This document shows, in pieces, positions 1 through 13,028 of a stretch of 62,174 nt of DNA. The notes under the pieces were generated by a model. It did no database searches, was not told the origin of the DNA, and saw only the letters and a list, made by a program, of their open reading frames with translations. This DNA comes from Gekko japonicus (Eukaryota). A program made the translations under genes and the position numbers. The stretch lies in NCBI RefSeq assembly GCF_001447785.1, contig NW_015172565.1:1079732-1141905 (forward strand). Reading direction: 5' to 3'. Each line of letters opens with the position of its first letter. Positions within the stretch are counted from its first letter, which is position 1.

Positions 1-6
1 GGGGGG

Positions 7-183
7 CAATGCTCCCTCTAAGCTGTGGAGTCTTGTGAACAAAAATCCTACTTTGTGAGCTGCTGGCATTAAAGTTGAGAGTGAGCGATTTGGCTGCTGC
101 ATCAATTAGTTTGCTCTGGAGTCATCCGGAGGCTAAAAAACTGTTGAGCTAGCTCAGACTTACTCAGCTTAGAGGGAACACTG
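7..183. mobile_element. hAT-type MITE, family A (copy 1)
   Basis: TIR CA(G/A)TG(T/C)TCCCTCTAAG...CTTAGAGGGAACACTG; five copies in the window. Confidence 0.8.
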
Positions 184-2694
184 GAGAGGCGCTGCGCTCG
201 TCCGGGGGCGTGCAAAGGGCTTGGGCTGGAGGGGACTGTCTGGTGCCTCCCATCATTTCCTCGCCCCCACCCTGGCCGCCCACTCACCAGAGCTCCCCCC
301 GACGGGCCCCCTGGCCCCCGGGAGGAGGCGCGCTGGAAAGCGGAACCTGCGGGGCACGGGGAGGAGTTTGCATAGAGCTCTGGCCTCGTCGGCTCCTCCT
401 GCCAGCCTGTGGGTGCCGGGGTGGCTGGGCGGGGAAGGGAGCCTCACGCCTCAGCCTGCTGGGCTCTTCCAAGCGAGTCCCGGCCGCTCCCCGCCTCTTC
501 GGGCCACGCCACCGGGCTGAGGGAAGGAGGGAGGGGAGGGAGGAGGGAGAAGCGCCCCCCGGCCCCGGGGGAGGCTGAGCCCCTTCCTGAAAGGTTCGGG
601 AGGGTCTGACGCTCCTCAGCCCCCCTGCAGATTACGCGCCTGCAGCCACCTCACCTTTTCTTATGATAGGGCTTCCTCTGTCTTCATGCTCCATACCCAA
701 ATTCAGAGGACAAAAAATTTCTGCCTTTCAGAGTTATACCAAAAGAGAGCTATGATGGGGAGTTGGCATGATCTCATAGAAATACTGAACCAGGGGGTCT
801 TTGGCTCATTCCTCTGCTCTGACTTCACTAAGTAGTCTTGCAAAGTCATTCTCAGTGGTCTGTGGGGGGGGGGGGGAGGATAAAATGGCCTTCCTCAGAT
901 GATGAATGAAGCAAACATTGTACACATATTGCATGCAAAGATAGTGATCCTCTTGGCACAACAGCTAGGTTTTGAGTACTGATCATACTGACCGCTTGTT
1001 AAAGATGTTTTTCTTCCCAGGGTTTTTCATGGGGAGTCAGGGTTGCCAGGTCTGGGTTGGGAAAGACCTGGAGATTTGGGGGGGGGGGCTGGGGAGGACA
1101 GGGTTTAGGGAAGGGAGGGACCTCAGCATTGTGTAATGCCATAGAGTCCACCCTCCAAAGCAGCCATTCCCCACCCCCTGGGGAACTGATTTGGATTATC
1201 TGGAGGTCAATTGTAATAGTGGGATGTCTCCAGGTACCCCCTGGAATTTAGCAACACTGTGGGTGTTGTGAGATTCTGGATGTGGGTGTGTGGCTGCACG
1301 TGTTCTGTGAAAACGTGTTTACCCATGTCACCCACGCTCTCTCCCCTCAGTTCGTGTGTGTCTCCTGAGTGTCGCCCCTTACCAAGGCAGATGTGCAAGC
1401 TTGGAAATCACTAGGTCTCTTCTTAAAATAAAACTAATCTTTATTAAAAGGAACATTCAAAGATTTGTCTGGCAAGATGACCGCAAGACGCTATGTCAGC
1501 CTGCCACACAGTAGAATCCTATTTCCTAAACATTGATAGAATATACAGAAAATAAATATGCAGCAAAGTTTTCCCCACCCCATGCATGCGCCAACGAGAG
1601 GCCTCTCTGACTGACTCCTATCGGAGTCAGCTGAGGTCTGTTGTAACCAACCAATATTTATACCCAAGATCAAAGAGGTCTCTTAATAACTGGATTACAG
1701 TTAAAATTTAACACTTAGAAGTTGGAATTGTCTTGCAGGAAATTTGTTTCCCTTCCTTTGTTCACATTCCAAAGGATCAATACAGCGTCATTGTTTCGTC
1801 CAGGTGTTCCCCAATCAGGGGAAATAAACTGTCCTTTGAAGTTATCAGAGAGCTGCTTCAAAGTTATCTTCTAAGGGGAAGGTGGGGTATGTGAAATCCT
1901 GTTGCCTATATTGGATTAGGGTCTGTCATTGTCCAGCTGCAGTTGTTATCACTTTTAAATTGTGAGTCCCACACTTATAGAGACTTATATTGATTCAAAC
2001 AAACTGTCCTTTTGGTGTTAGTGTTTAGATAAATCAGGGTTTGTTTGAACTTCTGTTTCCCATGGATTTTGCATTGTGGATTTGAAGTCTACCAGCTGTA
2101 CAAATGGTCACCCATTTTATTGCAAAGGGAATTGGGGGTCTCACACCTTTGGCTGGGAATGGAATGCGTTACGTCCTTGCGTGTGTGACCAAGAAAGAGA
2201 TCCTTCTGGGAAGAAAGGGCTTGCAAAAGAATCATGGGCTTTGATTCAAACAGGCCTAGCAAGGGCAGAGACAAAAATATGTATACTATTTTGGTTCATT
2301 TTAAACCCAAACCTTCTATATTTCTAATATTTCTTACCACAGTGGGGAGAGCAGTCATCACAGGCCGTGGAAAGGCCTCAGCTATGTGCATGCAGCTATC
2401 TCATGGTGAAACCACACTGTTTGCCAGAGCCATCTCATATGGATAGAGTTTTTTAAAAAGAAAGATGATAGTGATCAGCAAGAAGGCGGCTTACGTCTTC
2501 GCTGCTCACTAGAAAGAGGACAATTAATTAGGAACACCAGAAATATTGGTCATATCTATGTAGACTCAATAGGGTTTACCCCATCTCGCTACACTAGTGC
2601 GTAAGGACTTGTCTATCCCCCCAGATAGGCTAGCTCCCAGAATGCATGACTGCCTTTCTAAATGCCCTTCTTTTTTCTGTCTCCTGTCAAGGTC

Positions 2695-3462
2695 ATGGAG
2701 GGCAATCGTTTCCCTTACACACATGATCCTACAGATTGCTTTCGTGATATACTGCTGGACCAGAGAAGCAGGCTCCGTGAGCACATAAAGAGCCTTCGTG
2801 AGATTTCACACAGAATCAACAGACTGCACAGGTGGTCTCTGATAGCCAACCTCACAGGGAGTTCTTTAAGTGTGGCGGGAGCCATCACTGCCATTGTGGG
2901 ACTGTCCTTGAGCCCCGCTACACTAGGAGCATCTCTTTTGGCCTCTGGTGTGGGTTTAGGAGTGGCCGCCGCAGGCGGAGCGGTCACTGTGACTTCCGAT
3001 CTCTCCTTAGTGCTGTCCAATTCCCGAGAGGTGAAAAGGGTGAAAGAGATTGCAGCAACCTGCCACAGCCAGATGAGAGAAATAATGAACTGCCTGGAAT
3101 TCCTACACCGTCGTCAGGGCCCAACGGACCCTACTTTACTGCAGGCTGAGAACAAGGCTTCAGTCTTGCTGTACAACTCCATCTGCTTCATGGTCTTCTG
3201 TGGCTCGCAGGGCTTCCTGGTCCCAGAGCACACAGAAGAGGTGACGAAAGTGAGCCATGCTGTTCTCAAGGCCAAAGTCCAGAAGCTGGCAGAAAACCTG
3301 GAAGCCTGCACAAGACCCATGGATGAAATCTGCAGACTTTTAAAGAACAGGAAAGAATTCTCCCTGAAGAGAAAAACACCAGTGCTCTGGGATGTCAGGG
3401 GTCAGCATCACCTTTCAGCAGCAAATGCTTCCCTTGAGAAAAGCCTGGAAAACAGGGACTAG
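2695..3462 (+). CDS. APOLD1: Apolipoprotein L domain-containing protein 1, main coding exon
   Basis: ORF 2662-3462 encodes the ApoL-type hydrophobic segment SLIANLTGSSLSVAGAITAIVGLSLSPATLGASLLASGVGLGVAAAGGAVTVTSDLSL. A polypyrimidine tract plus AG acceptor lies at 2668-2691, so the exon starts at 2692 (GTC ATG GAG). It sits immediately upstream of DDX47, as in other amniotes. A short upstream exon may add 1-2 codons but was not located. Confidence 0.93.
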   Translation: MEGNRFPYTHDPTDCFRDILLDQRSRLREHIKSLREISHRINRLHRWSLIANLTGSSLSVAGAITAIVGLSLSPATLGASLLASGVGLGVAAAGGAVTVTSDLSLVLSNSREVKRVKEIAATCHSQMREIMNCLEFLHRRQGPTDPTLLQAENKASVLLYNSICFMVFCGSQGFLVPEHTEEVTKVSHAVLKAKVQKLAENLEACTRPMDEICRLLKNRKEFSLKRKTPVLWDVRGQHHLSAANASLEKSLENRD

Positions 3463-6400
3463 GGCTAAAAAGAAATCATTACAGTATGGTTTTATTTTAT
3501 ATTCTTAATATTAGGGTTGTGTATTAGGAATTTTTCCATGTCCCAATCCCTGCAGCTCAGCCACCACACACAGCAGATGGGAACAGTCCAGTCTAAACTG
3601 TCGACACGCGCTGTGGTTTGGTGCTTACACAGANNNNNNNNNNNNNNNNNNNNNNNNNNNNNNNNNNNNNNNNNNNNNCTGAAATTCCTGGTTTGATGCC
3701 CCAGCCCAGAAGTGGAAGTGTGGATTGCTTCTATGTACACACACATACACGTCAAGGTTTTCAAGGGGCCAGTGGACTCCTGTTTCATTTTACACACTTA
3801 CAGAGTTTTTGCAGTACAGGGGAACCAATTTCCAAATCTCCAGTTTGAAATGTTGTGCATGTACTTGACTCTCACAGCACTGAGCGAGGTAAAGAGAGGC
3901 CATGATGGAACTGTAACCAGCCTAGGAAGGAAATGGCTGTAGATTCCAGAGCCTGTACTTTGCTAAGGTAAATGAGGCCAACTTTCAGGGATTAAAGGCC
4001 AGGCCTTAACGTGCCTGAATCCTAGTGATGCTCTCAGTGGCGGATGGGAGTTGGTCTGTCTGGGACAGGCAACATTACACAATTCTTGTTCTGTGAGAAA
4101 TTATCTGTTTCTGTTACCTGTCTTTGGTGTGCCCTTCCCACACCACATGCTTAGGAGCTGGTATTTTCATAGTTGTGGGTATTTATTTGTATATGGTTAT
4201 TTTAAATGTTCTGGGTGTTTGTATTTCAAGAAATAATACTACTGTCACAAGGCGTGGGAGCAGTTGCTTCAGGTGGCCAGACTTCATTCAGCTTGCAGCA
4301 GAGCATCTTTTCAAAGTTGTTTTGCTAGTGGTGTCCTTGTCAGAATTTTCAGCTAAAATAGCTGGGGAGGAAGGGAGAACAGATGGGCCAGCAAAAACTC
4401 AGAATTCATCCAAGGGTGAGAATTGCTTAGTCTTCTTCTTTATTTTTTGGATTTGGTATTACTCCAAACAACAGTCCTTTCTGCTTATAGGTGTAAATTC
4501 CTTACTAGAAAGAGTAATACTACTAATACTTTTGCTTGGGATCCTTTGCAGGATGGGTTTCTTTGCTAAAAATTGTGCTAGGCCTTTCAGTGTCTTTGTA
4601 AAAAGTATACACCACCCCCCACATTCCACTTTACTGATAAATTCAGACACCATGAAGGATTTATTTGGCGTGCAGCAACAGCAAGCTGGGCCACTACAAG
4701 CTCCCAAATAGCTTTAGCCAAAGTCTTCAGAGTCCAAAAAGTCCAGGAAAAGCTTCCTCTGCTCAGACAGACCACTTCTGCAGCAGCAAAATTCTCCACA
4801 TTGATGTTTTTAAAACTGCACGTTATGTGAAATTTTCTGCACTAGATTTTTTCTCACCAGGTGAGTTTTCGTGAGTTCCAAAAATGCGGGGTAAGAAGTT
4901 AATATAAGGTGCAGTTTTAAAAATATCAATGTGGGGAATTTCACACCTGTGGAAATGGTCACACACTTTTTCCAGGCCCCATCTATGAACATGAGTTGTT
5001 TATAGGAATGCTTTGCATGCTGGGAAGAAAAGGCAGTTGAGAGACGTAGATGATGGTTAGGGATTGGGTCATTATGAATTCTTATAGCTTATATCTCTGG
5101 AGTACACAGGAACCATTTTCTTGCTTTTATTGAGTTTTACAGAAGATCTAGATCTCACAAGGCAACTAACACAGTTAGGATTGGCTTGTAGGTTCTCTGT
5201 GGTTATTGTCCTAGTGTGCTAGTCCCCAAACACACACAGAAGCATGTGTGAAGGAGCTGTTTCTGGTAACATTCATAAAAATAACAAGTCACCAAAAGGC
5301 AGCCCTGACACTGCTTCTCTATATATGCTATTGAAATTAACTCTCTCATATGTATTCCTGCAGGTATAATTGGAGTATAATATAGCAAAGAAACAGAGGA
5401 AAGAAAAAGAGCAAAATGTGGGTTATTGGCATGTTATGGATACATGCAAATCCACCCTTAGTGAGCACTGAGGAGCAGAAGCCAATCCTAAAGCATAATG
5501 GTACTAATGGTACCTAGGAAGCAGTTTCAAAATGTGTAGATCCAGTTCTCACTGAAGTGGTAAACTTGTGTCTGGGTTGCATCATTTCAGACTGCAGGAG
5601 ACTCACATGATTTAATGCACATCCATACAATAACATTCCCATCATACAGAAAACAAGATGTCAAGGAGGTTTCTAGCCTAGCCTTGTCCCTGAAATGCTA
5701 GTTTTCCATGTACCAAGAACCTTCCCACTGCAAATGCATATTCAACCATATGAACCCCCACTGCAGTCTCTGAAGTGGTTTAGTCCAAACACCTAATTGT
5801 AGTGAAGGCCCTAACATTGCTAGCAGTAATGCTAAAATGCAGGGATTACTGGATGTGAGTTACATTCTCAGGTATGGCTAATGTCACGTGAAAGGAGGAA
5901 CTTTAGAATCTTAACACTGCAAAGTAGTGAGTGGCAAGACAACAGATTAAAGGGCATTGGGGCTTGCAAAATCTGGGTGTGGGACAGGGTTGCCAACTCC
6001 AGGTTGGGAAATTCCTGGATATTTCAGGGTGGAGCAAGGGGAGGGCAAGGGCTTGGGGAAAGGAAGTACCTCAGCTGGGTATAATGCCATTCCCCCCTCC
6101 AATGCAGACATTTTCTTGAGGGGAACATATCTCAGTAGAAATCTCTTCTGGGAGATCTCCAGGCCCCTCTTGGAAGTTGGCAATCCTAATGGGATGAGCT
6201 GTTTATGAACTACACAGAAGATTCAAGCCTTTCCATGGGCAGGGCAAGATTATCTCCGGGAGGTCTCAAGTCTGAATGTACCAAGAAGCAATTTCCAAAG
6301 ATGACTGTGATGCAATAAAAAGTACAGATTAAATTAACGAATATGAGCTAACTTTGTGTCAGCATCTCTATCAACAAATTGTTTACGCTGGACCATGTTC

Positions 6401-6573
6401 TAGCTCACAGCTGATTTAACAGTCTCAGTGTACTTTGAAGAATACAGCAGTGAAGTTACTGGTTTGGAATAATAGGTTTGTTTTCAAACATACAGATTGA
6501 GCAGTCACAGAAACAAGCACAGAGGCAATACTACATCCACACTACTCCAAAACTCAGTTTGCAGTAGCACAGC

Positions 6574-6714
6574 TACCCTGTTTCCCCGAAAATAAGACCT
6601 ACCCCCAAAATAAGCCCTAGCAGGATTTCTATGCATTTGTGGTATAAGCCCTAGTGTGTCTTCTTGAGAAAAAATAAATATAAGACAGTGTCTTATTTTC
6701 GGGGAAACACGGTA
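6574..6714. mobile_element. Tc1/pogo(Tigger)-type MITE, family B (copy 1)
   Basis: TA-flanked TIR CC(C/G)TGTTTCCCCGAAAATAAGAC; three near-identical ~140-bp copies. Confidence 0.85.
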
Positions 6715-7391
6715 GTAACTGTTCAATATTATCCCCCGGCTTCACATTTTTGCATGACTAAACAGTATGGTTGTAACAATATACATAGTGGGATTTCTCA
6801 AAGTAGTAGTTCCAGTGTTTTTCTCCTATGTACCTACGTAGTTTCTGCTCTCTCCATTTTCTGTCACCAAATCAATTTAAAAAATAATAATATTATTATT
6901 ACTATTTAAGAGACTTACAGAGCACCTCTTCAGAAATCTGCTCCAGGCAACTAAGTAAAAACAAAACAAAACCCATCAATGATAAACAGCTATACATTGC
7001 TTGATACCCACTGAGAAGGGCCATAAACAGCATAACCAAAAGTTAAAAGCAGTAGTCAACAAAAAACAGAGATAGTGATAAAAACCATCACTATGCAGGC
7101 CATAACCAGCTAACAAAGGATAAGATAACACTTATTAAATGGCTGGTTAAAAAGAAATGTTTGGGCCTGATGCCTAAATGTCAATAGGGTAGAAGCCCGG
7201 CGAGCCTCAAGGGGGTGGGTATTCCAAGGGTAAGGCACCATCACTAAGGAAGTCCTGTCTTTAGCTGCCACTTTCCTTATATCTGCAGTCAGGGACACAG
7301 AGAGCAGGAACTGAGATGAAGATTTTAACTGGTGGGCTGAACAATAAAGGAGAAAACAGTCCTTCATATACTATAGTCCAAAGCTATTTAG

Positions 7392-7909
7392 GTGGGTACT
7401 CAGAAGTTTGAGTATAACCAACTTAAAATATAAGTATTTATTACACAGTGTAACAATTAAAAACAAGATGGATACATAAGAAATGCTAAAATCCAACCTA
7501 TAGAACTTGCACTTCAACTGAACATGAATCACATATGCGAATATTTCATAAAAAGCCACTAGACCAGACACATTTCGGCTCACAGAGCCTTCATCAGTAG
7601 CCTAAAACCAAACAGCACACACTTAAAACCATGTACAACAATTAAGGGTCAAGCAGGTTCGTAGTATTTCGATGTAAGGGGAGGTTCCATGTGAAAACCA
7701 GGCTTGTATATAATTCTGAGCCAACTCACAAAGAAGGCAGTGTCTCTCACCAATTATTCTGTCTCTGGCATCTCTGTGTATGCTAATGTACAAACCTGCT
7801 TACACCTTGTAATAAATTCTTTGTCATATTTTTAAATGTGTTGTATTCAGCCTTCTGAGTACCCCACCTTGTAGCCGTAGTTGGGTTTCTCCCCCTGTTG
7901 TTTTTTCTT
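7392..7909. mobile_element. Non-coding PLE-derived insertion with inverted ends, nested in an L2
   Basis: 13-bp TSD CAAAGCTATTTAG at 7379-7391 and 7910-7922. Imperfect inverted repeat between about 7391-7445 and 7808-7869, plus an internal hammerhead. Confidence 0.7.
7562..7602 (-). ncRNA. Minimal type I hammerhead ribozyme relic (PLE/retrozyme type)
   Basis: The minus strand reads GGCTA-CTGATGA-A-GGCTC-TGT-GAGCC-GAAA-TGTG-TC-TGGTC. This is a canonical core, a 5-bp stem II, a stem I, and a minimal stem III (likely CpG-decayed CGCG). Confidence 0.75.
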
Positions 7910-10900
7910 CAAAGCTATTTAGAACCTTCAGTGTAAGAACCCATGCTTTGAATTGTGTCCAGAAATAAGCAGGCGTCCAGTGCAGATCTTTCATCACAGG
8001 GGTGATATGGCTCCTGTATCCAGCCCTCAACAATAGTAACTGACCTGTCACATATTAAGCTGTACCTAACACAGCTAACTGCCCCCCAATAATCACCAAC
8101 CTACAGAAAAAGATGCCGTGTTTTTTTAAAGACAGTATTTTTAAACAAATGCCTGTTGTAGTACAGTTCTATTGATAATAGTATAGCATTTGAAGATTAC
8201 AGACAAAAAAGAAAAGATTGACTCTGTTCAGAAAGCTCAAGAATTTCTAAGGGTTCAGCTGGGAAGGCCAGAGGACGGGAAAAAAGAAGAGGACAGCAAG
8301 TCCAGCAGCGAGCTAGACTCTGGTTCTTCCGGAGAGGACTCTCTGTCAGAGCAAGGGGAAGCAGCCCCAAAAAGTCCTTACAAGCTGCGGAAGAGAAGGG
8401 GAAAGGAGAAGTAAAGGCTGAAGGACTCTGAATTGTGCCTTTGAGACTTTTGTTATGGGATGATTGGGGGTACTGTTTCTAGACAGTTAAATCTAAGTTT
8501 TAAAGAAAAAGTGTTATAAATGTTTGACTCAGTTTATAAAGGGATCAATGATGGGAAGACTTGATGTATCTAAGCTAGTTGGAGGATGTCCTCTCTTGGG
8601 CTTTTAGTTAGTAGTGGGTTCTTTACTTTATCCCGTATATGTAGTTTCCCCTCCCTTTTCTTCTGTTGTAGTTTTTTGTAGTGATAAAAAAATTAAAAAA
8701 AATCCCCTCGGGGGGCTCAAAAAAAAGAAGAGAGAAAATATTTCCTTGCCTCACAGTCAAATCTACATGCAGAGTAGAGTAGAAACAAACCCAGTATAAT
8801 GCCATTTATCCAACATAACCTAGGACAGTGTTAGTCCATGACTTGTGGAGAGCCACATTCATAATTACCATCAACCAAAAGAGCTACATCTACATCCATT
8901 CCTGGCATGAGAACTGCATCTCAGGGAGGCTTTACTTGTCCTTCTGGTGATGGCTATTTCAAGGTGGGAACCATTGTCAACCACAAACAAGGCAAGGGCC
9001 TTGCCCACTTTCCTAAAACAGGGGGCAGATGCAAAATTGGAAAACAGAGTTCAGGAGAGCCACAGGTGGCTCCCAAGCCACTGAGTATCACTGATCTAGG
9101 AGATATTCAAGCAATTGGGCCCATTTTAATTATGCAGGACATGGGATTCTGTGATCAAATTTCTTAGACTTAAAAAAAGGCTCAAGGGGCTTATTCTCTT
9201 CCCTCTGAACTATTTCCCTAGAGAGAAATCCAAACTCCCCCAGAGTTGCAAGTAAACCTGGTAGGGAAGAAACACACTTGTCTTTTTCGCTTATCAGATC
9301 TGATAGAAGCTTGGACAGTGGGGGGTAGTTTCTCTCAGGGAAACAATGGGAACTTCCCCCTTTCACCAGTTCCACAGCCCCACTGTGGCTGTTTTTAAAA
9401 CTGAAATTACACATCAGGAAATCTGACAACAGATCCCTGGTATTGCCCATAGTTTGACCTTGTGAAATGCAGATAAAGGGGAACATTCACTGACATGGGA
9501 ATGTGTGGGAAACAGGATAGCTTCAGATAATCACAGTTCTTTACTACTGTTTTCAAAATTCATGAGCCAGATGACTTCACAGAAGCATGTTTATCATTCA
9601 GCAACTGCAACGTGGAGATATGACTGGTGGAGGTAAACACCCATCACAGATCATTTCAGACATTCAGCTGTAAAACACAGTACCAAGTGTAATAACTCCA
9701 TCTCTCTTTATACCAAGTGCTTCATAAAACAACCATCTTATATTCTCAGTCAAGTGTGGCCCAATCTAAATCCACGGATTGGGGCCATACTGACTACATA
9801 TTGTTCTGCAAAGTTGGGGGATTCCTCAGGTTTGCAGAAAAATCTGCAAACAACACAGTAGAGCTGGTGGCAGTGGATTCTGGGAACCACTCCGGACCTA
9901 GTTGCAGAGAACTCCAGGAGTGCTCCAGGCCCAGCTGTGGCAGCAGTGGACTCTGGGTGCCGTTCTGGGCCTGCTGTGGTGATAGTGGACTCCAGGAGCT
10001 GCTCCAAGCCCAGAACAGCTCCCCAACACCGCCACAGTTGGGTCAAAGGCAGCTGGTGAGGCCTGGAGCTGTGCTGGGCTCAGTGATAAGGGGAGAGGGG
10101 TTTCCCCTCCCCCCCGCAAGCCTTACAGGCCCTTACTTGTAATATGTATAAGCACTTCACCAGATGGACCAGCCCTGCCCCATGGGAAGACTCCACACCA
10201 ATACCATGCTTTCCTGGGGACCACAAGCACTTGCATATCTACACTGTGAGCTCTTTACATATATTATGGCCACCACCACAGAGAGGTTATAGGGATCTAT
10301 AAAGCAGACTTCATAGGAACTTGCTGGGACCAGGACCAAGGCACTATGAGGAGAATTGCCTGTTTGGACAGCATATAAAGAAGCACGGGAAAATGGGGAA
10401 TGATGCTGATGAGGGCTAATAGAGGAGCACTAAATCAATCAAGTGAATGAGGATGGCATATGTAGAAGGGGAAGGCCAGAAGCCAGGATTTCCAGGGGGC
10501 TCCTCCTTTAAAGAACTGCCACTCAAACCGCTAATTCACTGGAAATAATGCGTGCTTCATCATTTCAGATACTATGTTGGGTCCAGCCAGCTTTTTCACT
10601 CAATCTCCTCCAGTTCTTCTCCTTACTACAACCCCATCCTACCTGGCTTTTGTGTATTCAGGCCCCATGATCCCCAGTATAACTTCTTTTTTGGGGGGTA
10701 GTGGTCAAAGGCGACCACTTCCTTTTTCACCAGCAGGAAAACAGGCTAGATCAAACCCATCAAAAGACCACAGAGCAAGTGGTTATGGAAAAGCAGAAAG
10801 GCAAAGAAACACCCCACCAATGCTGTATTTATTGCTCACAGATACTAAAAGAGGTACTGACTTTGACTGTGTAATGACTGCGCTTTTTGAACTCTTTTAC

Positions 10901-12343
10901 TTTACTGGTCATGCCGAAAGTTTATTTAGATTTCCTGTCACTCTTCCTATTGTATGAAGGCAGGATATAGCACAGTTGGGCTCCAGTAACTGATGGCTTA
11001 GGTACGTCATCATATCCACAGTACTCATGCACGTAGCCAAGATATTTTTCCCCAGAGAAACTGAGAAAATATTCTCCACAAAGAAACCCTCAAGAGTTCC
11101 CTTTGATATCAGAATTACAATGCTAGCCAATTTAGAATTTAATTGTGACTTTCTGAAAATCAGTCTGAACTGAAATAGCTGAAATAAAACACAATATTTT
11201 GCAGACAAAACCCTTCCAGTCACTTTCTGGACCTAATATCTATTTCATTTATCAAACCCCTTAACCTCATTCCCACTGTTTCCATTGTGGTCTTTTGACC
11301 CCTCTGTGAACAGCATAGGGCTGCTACCCCTTTTTATTTTTTAAAAAAATCAACATTTCAGTGGCACCTCTGACCATATGCAGAGTATCTTTATGAAGGA
11401 TTGCTTCTCTGAAGACTCCCTTATGTGCTACAGGAATCGTCATCTTACTTGACTAGAGTGCTTGGGGAATGAATCATGAATTATCCAAGGTAAAACAGCA
11501 GATAGTCCCTCAGTTGGGGAGCAGCAGCAGAAAGCTGCCTTTCAGCTTAACCCTGTCAGCAAAAAAGACCCAGGTCATAATGGTCACAAAGTTTCGAGGC
11601 TACAGAGTTTTTGCTGCCCCATACAAACATGAATTGACACTTAAACAAAAAAAAACACAGGTTTTTATTTAAAGACACAAAAGCAGCATAGCAACTGGGG
11701 GTCGGACTGAAACATTGTTAACAATAACAACAACAACAACAACAAAGAGTCGTCCCAAAGTCAGTGGGAGGGAAGAAATGAGTCTCCTTAGGACCTACCC
11801 TCAAGGGTCCAGATTCACTCTTTGTAGGATGGAAAGGGGGAAAGTGCCAGCAGAATCACCGTCGAGGGACACTGCTAGGGCAGGTCTCTCTTCTCTTAGA
11901 AGTTCTGAGGATGGGCCTTTCCTCATAAATGCTGAAGTTCCATAAGAGCTGAAGAATCGAAGAGGTCTGCAGCAGAAGGTGGACCCCTCTTTTGATATAT
12001 GAATCAGCTTCTCAACCACTTTGCAGGTTGTCTTCTCCCACAGAACAGCTGCCTTCTGCTCTGGTGGAAATGTCAGCACCTCCTCAGAAACACCTGAGCT
12101 CTCTCACTCCCCCCTTCTCCCATAAGAAAACCAGTCTTGCTTTTTTTTTACGGGGGGGGTAGCCCCTCACAGATGCTCTCCAGAATCACTTCCCACTAGA
12201 TGGCCACATTCCTAAACCCGAATCCAGTATGCAGGGAAAAGGTTTAATGTGTTCAAATGTGGTTTTTTAATAGCAACAGTAATAATTGAATAACTACACC
12301 AAGAAAAGCAAAGAGAAGCTTCTAGCTGAAGTATACAAGGCAG

Positions 12344-12550
12344 CAGTCTTCCCTCTAAGTTGAGTTAGTGTGAGCTAGCTCACAGTTTTTTAGCCTCCAA
12401 CGCACAGATTTTTTGTCTCCGCTCAGGAAGGAGGGCTCCAGAGCAAACTGATTTATGCAGGAGCCAAATCGCTTGCTCACAGCTTTAATGCCGGTAGCTC
12501 ACAAAGTAGAATTTTTGCTCACAAGACTCCACAGCTTAGAGGGAGCACTG
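12344..12550. mobile_element. hAT-type MITE, family A (copy 2)
   Basis: Same TIRs; perfect 8-bp TSD CAAGGCAG. Confidence 0.85.
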
Positions 12551-12655
12551 CAAGGCAGACTTATTTAAGGTTACAGAAGCCAAAGAAGATTACAAAAAGA
12601 TTGCAATCAAAACTCACTTTAACAACTGGAAACAAAAGCACTTGCATGGGCAATA

Positions 12656-12700
12656 CTTTGTTCTGTCACTTCAGACCAACACGGCTACCCACTTGAATCT
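12656..12700 (+). mobile_element. 45-bp PLE 3'-tail insertion
   Basis: TTCAGACCAACACGGCTACCC resembles the tail at about 18340-18358. 10-bp TSD ATGGGCAATA at 12646-12655 and 12701-12710. Confidence 0.65.
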
Positions 12701-12824
12701 ATGGGCAATATTTGAAAGACATAGAGAACAAAGTTGATAACAAAAACAACTGGAAGTGGTTCCAAAATGGGTTCTTGAAGAAAGAAGGACACATTCCAGG
12801 TGCACAAGAGCAGGTGCTCGAAAC

Positions 12825-13028
12825 CAATGCTCCGTCTAAGCTGTGGAGTCTTGTGAGCAAAAATTCCACTTTGAGAGCTACTGGCATTAAAGTTGTGAGT
12901 GAGCGATTTGGATACTGCATAAATTAGTTTGCTCTGGAGCCATATTCTGAGCTAAGACAAAAATGTTTGAGCCAGAGGCTAAAAAACTGTGAGCTAGCTC
13001 TCATTAACTCCGCTTAGAGGGAACACTG
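12825..13028. mobile_element. hAT-type MITE, family A (copy 3)
   Basis: Same TIRs in the opposite orientation; decayed 8-bp TSD CTCGAAAC/CTCAAAGC. Confidence 0.85.

Larger units (their letters stand above)
6890..8010 (-). mobile_element. L2 LINE 3' fragment interrupted by the PLE-derived insertion
   Basis: HITPVMKDLHW...QFKAWVLTLK and PYPWN..PLE.R....LLTFR remnants on either side of 7392-7909. Confidence 0.65.

Noticed and set aside
210-609. GC-rich ORFs or a possible APOLD1 CpG-island first exon
   Set aside because: The translations are low-complexity, and the block ends in a transposon-like terminus that is repeated at the other end of the window.
1780-1822. Minus-strand CTGATTGG...GGACGAAAC hammerhead-like string
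   Set aside because: The core deviates from CUGANGA and stem II does not pair.
4124-4711. 195-aa hydrophobic ORF downstream of APOLD1
   Set aside because: It has a non-ATG start, no recognisable motifs, and lies in AT-rich probable 3' UTR. Likely a chance ORF.
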